Assembly: GCF_009914755.1 (NCBI RefSeq)
Contig: NC_060937.1
Strand: one strand, 5' to 3'
Origin: the human T2T-CHM13v2.0 reference genome, Homo sapiens
DNA: 64,000 bases
This document shows, piece after piece, positions 23,301 to 36,200 of the stretch. The stretch's first letter is position 1, and the number at the start of each line of letters is the position of its first letter. The notes below the pieces were generated by a model. That model was not told the origin of the DNA and made no database searches. It was given only the letters and a program-made list of their open reading frames with translations. A program made the position numbers and the translations under genes.

Positions 23301-24690
23301 GTACACACATCACATACAAGTTTCTGAGAAAGCTTCTGTCTACTTTTTAAGGGAAGACATTTCCTTTTTCACCAAAGGCATCAAAGCGCTCCAAATGTCC
23401 ACTTCCAGATTCTACAAAAAGAGTGTTTCAAACCTGCTCTAAGTAAGGGAGTTTTCAACTCTGTGACTGGAATGCAGATATCACAAAGTAGTTTCTGAGA
23501 CTGCTTCTGTGTATACTTTAGATGAAAATATTCCCGTTTCCAACGATATCGTTAGACCTATCCAAATATCCACTTACAGTTTCTACAAAAAGAGTGTTTC
23601 CAAACTGCTGCATCAAAAGAAAGGTTCAACTCTGTTAGTTGAGGACACACATCACAAAGAAGTTTCTGAGAAAGCTTCTGTCTAGATTTTGTTTGAAGAT
23701 ATTCCCTTTTCCAACGATATCGTTAAATCAACACAAATATCAATTTGCAGAATCCACAGAAATAGAGTTTCAAAGCTGCTCTGTAAAAAGAAAGGATCCA
23801 CTCTGTTAGCTGAGTACACACATCACAAACTTGTTTCTGAGAATCCTTCTGTCTAGTTTTTATGGGAAGATATTTACTTTTTCACCGTAGGCATCAAAGC
23901 GCTCCAAATGTCCACATCCAGATACTACAGAAAGAGTGTTTCAAACCTGCTCTATGAAAGGGAATCTTCAACTCTATGAGTTGAATGCAGACATCAGAAA
24001 GTAATTTCTGAGAATGCTGCTGTCTACCTTTCATTTGAATTCCCGCTTCCAACGAAATCCTCCAAGCTATCCAAATATTCACTTGTAGATTCCACAAAAA
24101 GAGTGTTTCAAAACTACTCTATCAATAGAAAGGTACAACTCTGTCAGTTGAGGACACACATCACAAACAAGTTTCTGAGAATTCTTCAATTTTTTATGGG
24201 AAGACATTTCCTTTTTCACCGTAGGCGTCAAAGCGCTCCAAATGTCCACATCCAGATAGTACAGAAAGAGTGTTTCAAACCTGCTCTATTAAAGGGAATG
24301 TTCAACTCTATGAGTTGAATGCAAACATCAGAAAGAAATTTCTGAGAATGCTGCTGTCTACCTTTTATTTGAATTCCCGCTTCCAACGAAAACCTCCAAG
24401 CTATCCAAATATCCACTTGCAGATTCCACAAAAAGAGTGTTTCAAAACTGCTCTATCAATAGAAATGTTCAACTCTTTTCGCTGGGTACACACATCAAAA
24501 ACAAGTTTCTGAGAATGCTTCTGTCTAGTTTTTATGGGAAGACATTTCCTTTTTCACCAAAGGCATCAAAGAGCTCCAAATGTCCACTTCCAGATATACA
24601 AAAAGAGTGTTTCAAAAGTGCTCTAAGAAAGCGAATGTTCAACTCTGTGACTTGAATGCAGATATCACAAAGTAGTTTCTGAGAGTGCTT
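14350..24690 (-). repeat. Second, related SF2 HOR array: 13-mer (~2194 bp) with 7-mer and 11-mer variants
   Basis: A diagnostic BamHI site GGATCC lies at 16358, 17542, 19735, 21596 and 23794 (spacings 1184, 2193, 1861, 2198). Shortened monomers (GAGAATTCTTCAATTTTTT) and the markers CTCCTTTCGCTGGG, AAATCAACCCAAAT and GGGAGTTTTCAAC are absent from the first array. Confidence 0.88.
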
Positions 24691-27205
24691 CTCTCTAGAT
24701 TCTAGACGAAGATACTGCCGTTTCCAACGATATCGTTAGAGCTATCCAAATATCCGCTTACTGTTTCTACAAAAAGAGTATTTGCAAACTGCTGTATCAA
24801 AGACTGGTTGTACTCTGTTAGTTGACGACACTCCTCACAAAGGAGTTTCTGAGAATGCTTGTGTCTAATTTTTATTGGAAGATGTCTCCTTTTTCACCAT
24901 AGGCCTGAAAGCGCTCAAAATGTCCCCTTCCAGATAGTACAGAAAGAGTGTTTCAAACCTGCTCTATGAAAGGAAATTTTCAATTCTGTGACTTAAAAGC
25001 AAACATCACAAAGAAGCTTCTGAGAATTCTGCTGTCTTCTTTTTTATGTCATACCGTTTCTAACGAAATCCTCAAAGCTATCCAATTATCCACTTGCACA
25101 TTCCACAAAAGGAGTGTTTGAAAACTGATCTATAAATAGAAAAGTTCAACTCTGTTGGTTGAGTACATACATCACAAAGAAGTTTGTTAGAATGCTTCTG
25201 TCTAGTTTTTATGGGAAGACATTTCCTTTTTCACCAAAGGCGTCAAAGCGCTCTTAATGTCCACTTCCAGATTCTACAAAATGAGTTTTCAAACCTGCTC
25301 TAAGAAAGGGAATGTTCAACTCTGTGACTTGAATGCAGATATCACAAAGTAGTTTCTGAGAGTGCTTCTGTGTATACTTTAGATGAAGATATTCCCGTTT
25401 CCAACGATATCGTTAGACCTATCCAAATATCCACTTACAGTTTCTACAAAAAGAGTGTTTCCAAACTGCTGCATCAAAAGAAAGGTTCAACTCTGTTAGT
25501 TGAGGACAGACATCAGAAAGAAGTTTCTGAGAATGCTTCTCTCTATATTTTGTATGAAGATATTCCCGTTTCCAGGAATATCGTTAAAGCAATCCAAATA
25601 TCAACTTGCAGATTCCACAGAAATAGAGTTTCTAAGCTGCTCTGTAAAAAGAAAGGTTCCACTCTGTTAGGTGAGTACGCACATCACAAACATATTTCTG
25701 AGAATCCTTCTGTCTAGTTTTTATGGGAAGATATTTCCATTTTCACCATAGGCGTCAAAGCACTCCTAATGTCCACTTCCCGATACTACAAAAAGGGTGT
25801 TTCAACCCGGCTCTATGAAATTGAATGTTCAACTCTACGAGTTGAATGAAAAGATCATGAAGAAGTTTCTGAGAATGCTTCTGTCTAGATTTTGTATGAA
25901 GGTATTCCCGTTTCCAACGAAACCCTCTAAGCTATCCAAATTTCCACTTACAGATTCTTCAAAAAGAGTGTTTCAAACCTGCTCTGTCAAAAGAAAGGTT
26001 CAACTCTGTTAGTTGAGGTAACACATCACAAACAAGTTTCTGAGAATGCTTCTGTCTTTTTTTTATTGGAAGATATTTCCTTTTTCACAATAGGCGACAA
26101 AGTGCTCGAAATATCCACTTGCACATACTACAAAAAGTGTGTTTCAAACCTGCTCTATGAAAGGAAATGTTCAACTCTATGAGTTGAAAGCAAACATCAA
26201 AAAGAAATTTCTGAGAATGCTGCTGTCTACTTTTTATATGAATTCCCGTTTCCAATGAAATCCTCAAAGCAATCCAAGTATCCACTTGTAGATTCCACAA
26301 AAAGAGTGTTTCAAAACTCCTCTATGAACAGCAAGGTTCAACTCTGTTAGTTGGGACACACATCACAAAGAGTTTTCTGAGAATGCTTCTATGTAGATTT
26401 TATATGAAGATATTCCCGTTTCCAACGAAATCCACAAAGCCATCCAACATCCCCTTGCCGATTCTACAAAAAGAGTGTTTCAAAACTGCTCTGTAAAAAG
26501 AAAGGTTCAACTCTGTTAATTGAGTACACACATCCCAAACAGGTTTCTGAGAATGCTTCTGTCCAGTTTTTAATGGAAGATATTTCCTTTTTCACCATAG
26601 GCGTCAAAGCGCTCCAAATGTCCAATTCCACATACTACAAAAAAGAGTGTTTCAAACCTGCTCTATGAAAGGGAATGTTTATCTCTACGAATTGAATGAA
26701 AACATCACAAGAAGTTTCTGGGAATGCTTCTGTCTAGGTTTTATAGGAAGATATTCCCGTTTCCAACGAAATCCTCAAGGCTATCCAAATATCCACTTCC
26801 AGATTCGACAAAAAGAGTGTTTCAAAACTGGTCTGTCAAAAGAAAATTTCAACTCTGTTAGTTGAGTACATATATCACAAACCGGTTTCTGAGAATGCTT
26901 CTGTCTAGTTTTTATGGGAAGATATTTCCTTTTTCACCGAAGGCATCAAAACGCTCCAAATATCCACTTCCAGATACTACAAAAAGAGTGTTTCAAACCT
27001 GCTCTATGAAAGGGAATGATGTTCAAATCTGTGACTTGAATGCGGATATCACAAAGCGGTTTCTGAGAGTGCTTCTGTCGAGATTTTATATGAAGATATT
27101 CCCGTTTCCAAAGAAATATTTAGCGCTATCCAAAGATCCACTTGCAGATTCTACAAAAAGAGTGTTTCAAAACTGCTGTATCAAAAGAAAGGTTCAACAT
27201 CTGTG
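24690..27205 (-). repeat. Divergent SF2-like dimeric alpha satellite without a clear HOR
   Basis: Retains CTGTTAGTTGAG, TTTTATGGGAAG and A/B alternation, but has many private substitutions and no repeated multi-kb unit. Confidence 0.75.
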
Positions 27206-30200
27206 AACATAAAGATGTTTCTGATAATGATTCTGTCTAGTTTTTATGTGGAGATATTCCTGTTTCGAACGAAGGCCTCAAAGTGCTACAAATGACAACT
27301 TGCAGATTCTGCAAAAAGAGTGTTTCAAAACTGTTCTATAAAAAGAAATGTTCAACTCTGAGAGTTGAATGCAAACGTCACAAAGAAGTTTCTGAGAATG
27401 CTTCTGTCTGGTTTTTATGTGAAGATATTACCGTTTCCAACGAAAGCCTCAAAGATGTCCTAATATCCACTTATGAATTCTACAAGAAGTGTTTCAAAAG
27501 TGCTCTTTCAAAGGAAAGGTTTAACACTGTGAGTTGAGTACACACATCACAAAGCAGTTTCTTAGCATGCTTCTGTCTAGTTTTTATGTGAAGATATTTC
27601 CTTTTTCACCATAGGCCTCAAAGCGCTCCAAATGTCCACTTCCAAATACTGCAAAAAGAGTGTTACAAAACTACTCTATGAAAGGGAATGTTCAACTCTG
27701 TGAGTTGAATGCAAACATCACAAAGAAGTTTCTGAGAACGCTTCTGTCTAGTTTTTATGTGAAGATATTCCCGTTTCGAACGAAGGCCACAAAGCGCTCC
27801 AAATGTCCACCTGCAGATTCCAGAAAACGAGTGTTTCAAATCTCCTCTATCAAAAAAATTGTTAAACTCTGTGAGTTGAGTACACATATCACAAAGAAGT
27901 TTCTGTGAATTCTTGTGTGTAATTTTTATGGGAAGATATTTCCTTTATCACAATACACCTCAAAGAGCTCCAAACGTCCACTTGCAGATTCTACAAAAAG
28001 TGTGTTTCAAAACTGCCCTATGAAAAGGAATGTTCAACTCCATGAGTTGAATGCAAACATCAAAAAGAAGTTTCTGAGAATGCTTCTTTCTAGTTTTTAT
28101 GTGAGGATATTCCCGTTTCCACGGAAATCCTCAAAGCTATCCAAATATCCACTTGCAGATACTACAAAAAGATTGTTTCAAAATTGGTCTATCAAAATAA
28201 AGTTCAACTCTGTGAATTGAGTACACACATCACAAAGAAGTCTCTGATAATTCTTCTGACTAGTTTTTATGTGAAGATATTTCCTTTTTCACCATAGGCC
28301 TCAAATCGCTCCAAATGTCCACTTCCAGATACTACAAAAAGTGTGTTTCAAAACTGCTCTATGTAAGGGAATTTTCAAATCTGTGAGTTGAATGCAAACA
28401 TCACAAAGAAGTTTCTGAGAATGCTTCTGTCTAGTTTTTATGTGAAGGCATTCCCGTTTCCTACGAAATCCTCAAAGCTATCCAAATATCCTCTTGCAGA
28501 TTCTACAAAAAGCGTGTTTCAAAACTGCTCTATCAAAAGAAAAGTTCAACTCTGTGAGTTGAGTACACACCTCACAAAGAAGTTTCTGAGAATTTTTATG
28601 TCTATTTTTTATGGGAAGATATTTCCTTTTTTATCATAGACCTCAAAGCCCTCCAAGTTTCCACTTACACATTCTACAAAAAGTGTTTCAAAACTGCTCT
28701 ATGAAAAGGAATGTTCAATTCTGTGAGTTGAATGGAAGCATCACAAAGAAGTTTCTTACAATGCTTCTGTGTGGTTTTTATGTGAAGATATACCCGTTTC
28801 CAGCGAAGGCCTCCAATCTCTCCAAATATCCACTTCCAAATTCTACAAAAAGATTGTTTCCAATCTCCTCTATCAAAAGAAAATTTCAACTCTGTGAGTT
28901 GAATGCACACATCACAAAAAAGTTTCTGAGAATGCTTCTGTCTAGTTTTTTGTGAAGATAATCCCGTTTCCAAAGAAATCCTCAATGCTGTCTTAATATC
29001 CACTTGTAAATTCTACAAGAAGAGTGTTTCAAAACTGCTGTATCAAAAGAAAGGTGTAACTCTGTGAGTTGAGTACACACTTCACAAAGTAGTTTCTGAG
29101 AATGCTTCTGTCTACTTTTTATGTGAAGATATTTCCTTTTTCACCATAGGTCTCAAATCTCTCCAAATATCCACTTGCATATTCCTCAAAAAGAGTGTTT
29201 CAAAACTGCTCTATGAAAAGGAACGTTCAACTCTGTGAAATGAATGCAAGCATCACAAATAAGTCTCTGAGAATGCTTCTCTCTAGTTTTTATATGATGA
29301 TATTCCCGTTTCCAACGAAATCCTCAAAGCTATCCAAATATCCACTTGCACACTTGACAAAAAGAGTGTTTCAAAATTGCAGTATCAAAAGAAAAGTTCA
29401 AATCTGTGAATTGAGTACACACATCAGACAGAAGTATCTGAGAATTCTTCTGTCTAGTTTTTATTGGAAGATATTTCCTTTTTCATCATATGCATCAAAG
29501 AGCTCCATGTTTCCACTTACAGATCCTTCAAAAAGAGTGTTTCAAAACGGCTCTATGAAAAGGAATGTTCAACTCTGTGAGTTAAATAAAAGCATCAAAA
29601 AAAAGTTTCTGAGAATGCTTCTGTCTAGTTTTTATGTGAAGATATTTCCATTTTCTCTATAGGCCTCAAAGCTGTCCAAATGTCCACTTGCAGATACTAC
29701 AAAAAGAGTGTTTCAAAAGTGCTCAATGAAAAGGAATGTTCAGCTCTGTGAGTTAAATGCAAACATCACAAATAAGTTTCTGAGAATGCTTCTGTCTAGT
29801 TTTTATGGGAAGATAATTCCGTGTCCAGCAAAGGCTTCAAAGCTTTCAAAATATCCACTTGCAAATTCTACAAAAAGAGTGTTTCAAAGCTGCTTTATCA
29901 AAAGAAAGTTTCAACTCTGTGAGTTGAATGTGCACATCACAAAGAAGTTTCTGAGAATGCCTTCAGTCTGGTTTTTATGTGAAGATATTCCCTTTTCCAA
30001 CGAAAGCCTCGAAGCTGTCCAAATATCCACTTGTAAGTGCTGCAAAAAGAGTGTTTCAAAACTGCTACAGCAAAAGAAAGGTTTATCTCTGTGAGTTGAG
30101 TAGACACATCAAGAAGAAATTTCTGAGAATGCTTCTGTCTAGTTTTTATGTGAAGATATTTCCTTTGTCACCATAGGCCTCCAAGCCCTCCAAATGTCCA

Positions 30201-33200
30201 CTTGCAGATGCTACAAAAAGAGTGTTTCAAAACTGCTGTATGAAAAGAAATGCTCAAATCTGTGAGATAAATGCATACATCACAAAGAAGTCTTTGAGAA
30301 TGCTTCTGTCTAGTTTTTATGTTAAGATATTTCCTATTTCACCATACGTCTCAACGCACACAAAATGTACACTTGCAGATGCTACAAAGAGAGTGTTTCA
30401 AAACTTGTAGATCAAAACAAGTGTTCAACTTTGTGAGTTGAGGACACACATCTGAAAGAAGTTTCTGAGAATGCTTCTGTCTAGTTTTTATGTGAAGATA
30501 TTCCCGTTTCCAGCGAAAGCCCCAAAACTATCCAAATATCCACTTGCACATTCTACAAAAAGAGTGTTTCAAATCTGCTCTATCAAAATAAAGGTTCAAC
30601 TCTGTGAGTTGACTACACACATCACAAAGAAGTTTCTAAGAATGCTTCTGTCTGGTTTTTATGGGAAGATATTTCCTTTTTCAACATAGGCCTTGCAGCA
30701 TCTACAAAAAGAGTTTTTCAAAACTCCTCTAAGAAAAGGAATGTTCAACTCCGTGAGTTTAATGCAAAGATCACAAAGAAGTTTCTGAGAATGCTTCTGT
30801 CTAGTTTTAACCTGAAGACAGTTCCGTTTCCAGTGAAGGCTTGAAAGCTGTCCAAATATCCACATGCAAATTCTCAAAACGAGTGTTTAAAAGCTGCTCT
30901 ATCACTAGAAAGTTTCACCTCTGTGAGCTGAATGCACACAGAAGTTTCTGAGAATGCTTCTGTCTGGTTTTTATGTGAAGATATTCCCGTTTCCAACCAA
31001 AGCCTCAAAGCTGTCCAAATATCCATTTGCAGATCCTACAGGGAGAGTGTTTCAAAACTGCTCTATAAAAAGAAAGGTTCTACTCTGTGAGTGGAGTACA
31101 CACATCACAAAGAAGTTTCTGAGAATGCTTCTGTCTAGTTTTTATGTGAAAATAGTTCGTTCTCCAAAATAGTCCTCAAAGCGCTCCAAATGTCCACTTG
31201 CAGATTCTACAAAAAGAGTGTTTCAAAACTGCTCTATGAAAAGGAATGTTCAACTCTGTGAGCTGAATGCAACCATCACAAAGAATTTTCTGAGAATGAT
31301 TCTAATTATTATGTGAAGATATTCCCGTTTCGAACGAAGGCCTCAAAGCGCTCCAGATGTCCACTTGCAGATTCTACAAAAAGAGTGTTTCAAAACTGCC
31401 CTATGGAAAGGAGGATTCAACTCTATGAGTTGAATGCACACATCACAAATGGTTTTTGCGAATGCTTCTGTCTGCTTTTTATGTGAAGATATTTCCTTTT
31501 TCACCATAGGCCTCAAAGAAATCCAAATATCCACTTGCAGATACTACAGAAAGATTGTTTCAAAACTTCTCTATCAAAAGGAATGTTCAACTCTGTGAGT
31601 TGAATGCAAACATCACAAAGCAGTTTCTGAGAATTCTTCTGTCTAGTTTTTATATAAACATACTCCTGCTTCCAGTGAAGGCCTCAAATCTGTCCAAATA
31701 TCCCCTTGCACATTGTACAAAAAAAGTGTTTCAAATCTGCTCTATCTAAAGAAAGTTTCGACTCTGTGAGTTGAATGCACACATCATAAAGAAGTTTCTG
31801 AGAATGCTTCTGTCTAGTTTTTTTGTGAAGATATTCCCGTTTCCAAGGAAAGCCTCAAAGCTGTCCTAATATCCACTTGTGAATTTTACAAGTAGAGTGT
31901 TTGAAAAGTGCTCTGTCAAAAGAAAGGTTTAACTCTGTGTGTTGAGAGCTCACATCACAAAGAAGTTTCTGAGAATGCTTCCATCTATTTTTTATGTTAA
32001 GATATTTCCTTTTTCACCATAGGCCTCAAAGCACACCAAATGTCCACTTGCATATTGTGCAAAGAGTGTTTCAAAACTGTGCTATCAAAAGAAGCGTTCA
32101 ACACTGTGAGTTGAACGCACACATCACAAAGAAGTTTCTGAGCATGCTTCTGTATAGTTTTTATGTGAAGATATTCCCGTATCCGAAGAAGGCCTCCAGG
32201 CGGTCTAAATATTTGCACATTCTACTAAAAGAGTGTTTAAAAGCTGCTGTATGATAAAGTATGTTCGAATTTGTGAGTTGAATGCACACATCACAAAGAA
32301 GTTTCTGAGAATGCTTCTGTCTAATATTTATGTGAAGATATTACGGTTTCCAACGAAGTCCTCAAAACCGTCCAAATATCCACTTGCAGATTTTATAAAA
32401 AGAGTGTTTCAAAGCTGCTCTATCAAAAGAAAGCTTCAACACTGTGAGTGGAATGCACACATCACAAAGTAGTTTCTGAAAATGCTGCTGTCTAGTTTTT
32501 ATGTGAAGATATTCCCATTTCCAATGAAGGCCACAAAGCCGTCCAAATATCCACTTGCAGATTCCACTAAAAGAGTGTTTCGAAACTGCTCTATGATAAG
32601 GAATGTTCAACTCTGTTAATTGAAGGCAAACATCACAAAGAAGTTTCTCAGAATGCTTCTCTCTAGTTTTTGTGTGAAGATATATCCTTTTCCATCATAG
32701 GCCTCTAAGCTCTCCAAATGTCCACTTGCAGATTCTACAAAAAGAGTGTTTCAAAACTGCTCTCTCAAAAGTAAGGTTCAACTTTTTGAGTTTAATACAC
32801 ACATCACATAGAAGCTTCTGAGAATGCTTCCGTCTAGTGTTTGTGTTAAGATATTCCCGTTTCCAACGAAGGCTTCAAAGCGGTCAAAATATCCTCTTGC
32901 AGATACTACAAAAAGCGTGTATCAAAACTGCTCCATGAAAAGGTATGTTCAACCCTGTGAGTTCAATGTAAACATCACAAAGAAGTTTCTGAGAATGCTT
33001 GTGTCTGTTTTTTTGTGTGAAGATGTATCCTTTTCCACCATAGTCCTCAAAGCTCTCCAAATGTGCACTTGCAGATTCTACAAAAAGTGTGTTTCAAAAC
33101 TCCTCTACCAAAAGAAAGGTTCAACTCTGTGAGTTTAATGCCCAGATCACAGACAAGTTTCTTAGGATGCTTCTGTCTAGTGTTTATGTGAAGATATTCC

Positions 33201-36200
33201 CGTTTCCAACTAAGGCCTCAAAGAAGTCCAAATATCCAATTGCAGATTCTACAAAAAGAGCATTTCAAAACCTCTCTATGAAAATTTATGTTCAACTCTT
33301 TGAGCTGAATGCAAAGATCACAAAGAAGTTTCTGAGAATTCTTCTGTCTCATTTTTATATAAAGATATTTCCTTTTCCACCATTGGCCTCAAACCTCTCC
33401 AAATGTCCACATACAGATTCTACAAAAAGAGTGTTTAAAACCTGCTGTATCAAAAGAAGGGATCAACTCTGTGAGATGAATGAACACATCACAAAGAAGT
33501 TTCTGAGAATGATTCTGTCTAGTTTTTATGTGAAGATATTCCCGTTTCCAACGAAGGCCTCAAAGGGGTCCAAATATCCACCCACAGACCGTGAAAAAAG
33601 AGTGATTCAAAACTGCTCTATCAAAAGAAAGGTTCAACTCTGTGAGTTGAATTTACACATCACAAAGAAGTTTCTGAGAATGCTGCTATCTACTCTTTAT
33701 GTGAACATATTCCCATTTCCAACGAAGACCTCAAACAATTCGAAATATCCACTTGCAGATTCTACTAAAAGATTGTTTCAAAAGTGCTCTCATAAGGAAT
33801 GTTCAACTCTGTGAGGTGAAAGCAAACATCACCAAGAAGTTTCTGAGAATGCTTCTGTCTAGTTTTTATGGGAAGATATTTTCTTTTCCACCGTAGGCCT
33901 TAAAGCGCTCCAAATGTCCACTTGCAGATCCTACAAAAAGAGTGTCTCAAAAGTGCTCTCATAAGGAATGTTCAACTCTGTGAGGTGAAAGCAAACATCA
34001 CCAAGAAGTTTCTGAGAATGCTTCTGTCTAGTTTTTATGGGAAGATATTTCCTTTTCCACCGTAGGCCTTAAAGCGCTCCAAATGTCCACTTGCAGATCC
34101 TACAAAAAGAGTGTCTCAAACCTACTCTCTCAAAAGAAAGGTTCAACTGTGTGAGTTGAATACACACAGCACAAAGAAGTTTCTGAGAAAGATTCTGTCT
34201 AGCGATTATGTGAAGATATTCCCGTTTCCAACAAAGGCTTGTAAGTGGTCCAAATATCCACTTGCAGATTCTACTAAAAGAGTGTTTCTAAACAGCTCTA
34301 TGATAAGATATGCTTAACTCTGTGAGTTGAGAACAAACATCACAAAGAAGTTTCTGAGAATGCTTCTGTCTAGTTTTTATGTGAAGATATTTCCTTTCCC
34401 ACCATAGGCCTCAAAGCGCTCCAAATGTCAACTTGGAGATTATGCAAAAAGAGTGTTTCCAACCTGCTCTATCAAAAGAAATGTTCAACTCTGTGAGATG
34501 AAAGCACATATCACAGAGAAGTTTCTGAGAATTCTTCTGTCTGGTTTTTATATGAAGATATTTCCTTTTCCACCATAGGATTCAAAGCTCTCCAAATGTC
34601 CACTTGCAGATTCTACAAAAAGAGTGTCTCAAAACTGCTCTATCAAAAGAAAGGGTCAAATCTGTGGGTTGAATGCACACATCACAAAGAAGTTTCTGGG
34701 AATGCATCTTTCTAGTTTTTATGTGAAGATATTCCCGTATCCAATGAAGGCCTCAAAGCAGTCCACATATCCACTTGCAGATTCTGCAAAAAGTGTTTCA
34801 AAACTGCTCTATCAAAAGAAATGTTCAACTCTGTGAGTTGAATGTACACATCACAAGGAAGTTTCTGAGACTGCTGCTGTCTAGTATTTATGTGAAGATA
34901 TTCCCGTTTCCAATGAAGGCCTCTAGGCGTTCCAAATATCCACTTGCAGATTCTCCTGAAGGAGTTTTTCAAAAATGCCCTGTGATAAAGTATGACCAAT
35001 TCTGTGAGTTGAATGCAAACATCAGAAAGAAGTTTCTGAGAATGCTTCTGTATAGTTTTGATGTGAAGATATTTCTTTTTCCACCATAGGCCTCAAAGCT
35101 CTCCAAATGTCCACATGCAGATTCCACGCAAAGAGTGTTGCAAACCTGCTCTATCAAAAGAAAGGTTCAGCTCTGTGAGTTGAATGCAAACATCACAAAG
35201 AAGTTTCTGAGAAGGCTTCTGTCTAGCATTTCTGTGAAGATACACCCGTTTCCAATGAAGGCCTCAAAGCGGTAGAAATATCCACTTGCAGATTCTCCAA
35301 AAAGTGTTTCAAACCTGCTCTATCAAAAGCAAGGTTCAACTCTGTGAGATGAATGCACACATCACAAAGAAATTTCTGAGAATGCTTCTGTTTAGTTTTT
35401 ATGCGATGATATTTCCTTTTCTACCAGAGGCCTCAAGCTCTCCAAATGTCCAAAAGCAGATTTTACAAAAAGAGTGTTTCAAAACTGCTCCATCAAAAGG
35501 AAGGTTCAACTCTGTGAGTTGAATGCAAACATCACAAAGAAGTTTCTGAAAATGCTTCTGTCTAGTGTTTATATGAAGATATACCCGTTTCTAACGAAGG
35601 CCTCAAAGCAGTCCAAATATCCACTAGCAGAATCTACAAAAAGAGTGTTTCAAACCTGCTCTATCAAAAGAAAGGTTCAACTCTGCCAATGGAATGCACA
35701 CATCACTAAGGAGTTTTTGAGAATGCTTCTGTCAAGTGTTTATGTGAAGATATTCACGTTGCCACGAAGGCCTCAAAGCAGTCCAAATATCCACTTGCAA
35801 ATTCTACTGAAAGAGTGTTTCAACACTGCTCTATGATAAGGTATGTTCAACTCTGTGAGTTGAATGCAAACATCACAAAGAAGTTTCTGAGAATGCTTCC
35901 GTCTAGTTTTTATATGAAGACATTTCCTTTTCCAACATAGGCCTCAAACCGCCCCAAATGTCCACTTGCAGATTCTACAAAAAGAGGGTTTTAAACCCGC
36001 TCTATCAAAAGAAAGGTTCAACTCCGTGAGTTGACTCCACACAGCACAAAGAAGTTTCTGAGAATGCTTCTATCTTGTGATTATGTGACGATATTCTCCT
36101 TTCCATTGAAGGCCTCAAAGCAGTCCAAATATCTATTTGCAGATTCTACTAAAAGACTGTTTCAAAACTGCTCTAGATAAAGTATGTTCAACTCTGTGAG

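Noticed and set aside
1-24690. Regular repeats resembling a CRISPR or repeat-spacer array
   Set aside because: The intervening sequences are homologous satellite, not unique spacers, and there are no cas genes.
33089-33814. 241-aa ORF (also 227 aa at 42225-42908) with 57-aa repeats
   Set aside because: 171 bp is a multiple of 3, so a stop-poor frame persists over several monomers by chance; there is no evidence of coding.
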